The notes under the pieces were generated by a model. That model ran no database searches and was not told the origin of the DNA. It saw nothing but the letters and a program-made list of their open reading frames with translations. Made by a program: the position numbers and the translations under genes. From the NCBI RefSeq assembly GCF_009914755.1, contig NC_060948.1: DNA of 64,000 nt; one strand, given 5' to 3'. This DNA comes from the human T2T-CHM13v2.0 reference genome, Homo sapiens. Positions 61,637-64,000 of this stretch are shown here, one piece after another. Numbering within the stretch: position 1 is the first letter of the stretch; each line of letters begins with the position of its first letter.

Positions 61637-61773
61637 ATCACAGTAGCTTTGGCAGCAATATCGAGATGTTGTCAGTTAAGCTTCTAGATCCCTCCATCTG
61701 CCACCATCAACATAGTCACATGACTAGAAATAATAATTTATGTATCTAGAATCAGCCACAAGTAGACTGCTGA
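61637..61773 (+). pseudogene. Putative pseudo-exon of a trypsin-like (S1) protease domain
   Basis: Pyrimidine-rich acceptor tctctattccttcag; 137 bp, phase 1 to 0; HSSFGSNIEMLSVKLLDPSICHHQHSHMTRNNNLCI*NQPQVDC*|gtactt with C-x13-C-x8-C spacing. Confidence 0.55.
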
Positions 61774-61949
61774 GTACTTACTACATAAAGGCAAAGCTAG
61801 CATTTTTGGGTTGGGGGGGCAGGTGTAGAAACACGTTAACAGTTCTGTAAATACACATAAAGATATGCATTTTCCTTAATCACAAATAAATAAACCAGAA
61901 GAATTTTCAGTGATTTAAAAAAATTAAGAAATAGGGAACTTATTTAAAA

Positions 61950-62225
61950 AGCCTTTGAAGCCACAGTGGCTCTTGCCTGTTATCTCAGTATTTTGGGAAA
62001 CTGAGACAGGGCCTCACTTGAGGCCAGGAATTCCAGAGGAGGCTGGCAAATAGAGTGAGATGCTGTCTCTAGAAAAAATAAATAAAATTTAAAAATTAGC
62101 TGCTTGTTTTGCAGTGTGCCTACAGCCCTAGCTACTTGGGAGGCTGAGGTGAAAGAATTGTTTGAACCAGGGAGTTTGATGTTGCTGTAACTTATGATCT
62201 TGTCACTTCACCCCAGCCTGTCCAG
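61950..62225 (+). mobile_element. Alu (AluJ-like), 3' end and tail missing
   Basis: Diverged dimer ending at ccccagcctg with no poly-A. Confidence 0.85.
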
Positions 62226-62239
62226 AGGATTATCTAATC

Positions 62240-64000
62240 ATACTGTGGACTATTGCCAAATCTGCAGCAGTGAAACTCTGGACACATTCTGTGTCTGGTA
62301 AAGTCACACTTTGGAACCAAGAAGAATTTCCAGCCTTACTTCCCTTGACAGAGCCTATCGCTAAGACAGTCACAACATAGATCCAGGATAGAATTCCAAC
62401 AATAAATCCCTGAGCAAAAACTATAGCTGAAACTGCCATACCATGGATCCTCGATGAAATGCCACCAACAAATCCCTGGAAAAAATACAGCCTGAATATT
62501 TAGCAGTAAATACCTGGCACTATCTGAATTTAACCCAGTCTCATTGTGGATCTTGGCTTATTTGTCAGTAGGAAACTACTCTACACAGTTCCATACTGAA
62601 ACAATAACACTGTGAACCCACGTTGAGTCTCCAGCAATACTTTCCTGGAAACAGTTGGGAACTGATATAATCACATTAGGGACCCATGCTGAATCACTAG
62701 TGATGAATTCATGGATATATTCTTCTATATGTGATACGGTCACAACACCTATCCAGGCTGAATCAGTTATTAAATCACTGGACATACTCTGAAACTGATA
62801 TACTCACAACATGGATTCTGGCTGAAACTCTAGGATTAAGTCCCTGGGCACGTGATATGTTCCTACCATGGACCCAGGCTGAAAGTCCAGCAGTATCTTG
62901 GATTCAACCATGGATTCTGGGTAGAATGCCAGCAATGAATCCCTGGAGAGAGGCTACAGCTGACATTGTCCTACCCTGGAACCAGGCTGAATTTATGTAG
63001 AAGGAAATGCCTGGACACCGTCTGAAACTTATACAATCACAAAGAGGATCCTGAGTGATTCTCCAGCACTAAATTCATGGACATGGGCAATAGCTGATGC
63101 AGACCAGCTGTGGACCAAACCTGAATTTCCAGCAGTAAATCCCTGGACAAAGTCTGTAGTTGATAGTACTATACCATGGATACAGGATGAGTCTCCAGCA
63201 ATAAATCCATGGACACAGTACGTATCTTATATGATCAAACCATGAGCCCAAAATGACTCTTCAGCAGTAAATCTCTGTACACTACCTGAATCTGATACCA
63301 TTATCCTGTGGACACAAGCTGAGTCTCCAACAGTAAATCCGTTCACAGAGGCTGGAACTTCCACAGTCACACCATGGGCCCAGGCTGTATCTCCAGCAGT
63401 AATTCCACGGACACAGCCTATACTTTCCACAGTCGTACCTTGGACCCAGGTTGAATGTCCATCAGTAAATACCTGGAGAACGTCCATAGCTGATGCCATC
63501 ACACTGTGGATAGGGGCTGAATTAACCGCAGGATATCAATGGATACTGCCTTGGGCTGCTACTGTCACACTGTGGTCACAGTCTGAATCTCCAGCAGGAA
63601 ATCTTTGGACACAGTCTGTGTATGACACAGACACACCATGGCCTCAGGCTGAATCTCCAGCAGTAGTTTGCTGGACAGAACATGTAGCTGATACACACCG
63701 TGGACTCAGTTTGAATTTTTAACAGTAAAGCCTTGGATCCAATCTGTATCTGATACGCTCATACCATGGACCCAGGCTGAGTCTTCAGCACTAAAGCATT
63801 TGACACAGGCAATAGCTTATACAATCAAGCTGTGGAACCAAGTCAAATCACCTGCCATAAATCTCTGGAAACAATATGAAACGAATATGTTCACATGGTG
63901 TACTGAGGTTGAATCTCCAAAAGTAAAGGAGGGGACACATCCTATACCTGCTACAGTTATACCACTGAACCAAGCTGAATCTGTAGGAGTAAATCCCTCC
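62240..64000 (+). pseudogene. Decayed coding tandem array of 66-bp (22-aa) Trp-rich repeats; probable giant-exon remnant (PRSSLY-like, tentative); continues off the right edge
   Basis: The SPA-codon motif recurs at 63192, 63258, 63324, 63390, 63456, 63522, 63588 and 63654. One plus frame reads LWTQAESPTVNPFTEAGTSTVTPWAQAVSPAVIPRTQPILSTVVPWTQVECPSVNTW...; stops fall at Trp positions. Confidence 0.75.

Noticed and set aside
62230-63502. Minus-strand ORFs over the Trp-repeat array
   Set aside because: Antisense shadows of the plus-strand repeat; the periodic Trp pattern and Trp-to-stop decay are on the plus strand.
62240-64000. Regularly spaced motifs resembling a CRISPR or satellite array
   Set aside because: Primate context, no identical repeats with unique spacers, no cas genes; the whole 66-bp unit is homologous and follows a codon pattern.

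Overview
AT-rich, repeat-dense primate (hominoid-type) genomic DNA with no intact protein-coding gene. The backbone from ~9.8 to 49.8 kb is an unprocessed, exon-depleted OFD1 pseudogene (- strand; exons matching 9, 14-18, 20, 22, 23) lying tail-to-tail with the terminal exon and 3' UTR of a GPM6B pseudogene (+). That is the Xp22 gene arrangement in decayed form, which points to a Y-chromosome OFD1P/GPM6BP block (inference). It is invaded by three class I ERVs of the HERV-E/HERV3/HERV15 group (one heavily G-to-A hypermutated), a truncated HERV-K(HML-3)/MER9 provirus, several rearranged L1PA elements and Alus. Beyond a breakpoint at ~51.67 kb a different block begins. It ends in a decayed coding array of 66-bp Trp-rich repeats (PWTQAESPAVNPWTQSVADTVT-like), preceded by a 137-bp exon with trypsin-fold cysteine spacing. 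I interpret this as a remnant of a giant-exon serine-protease-like gene, possibly PRSSLY. Gene, exon-number and repeat-family assignments come from recalled sequences, not database searches.
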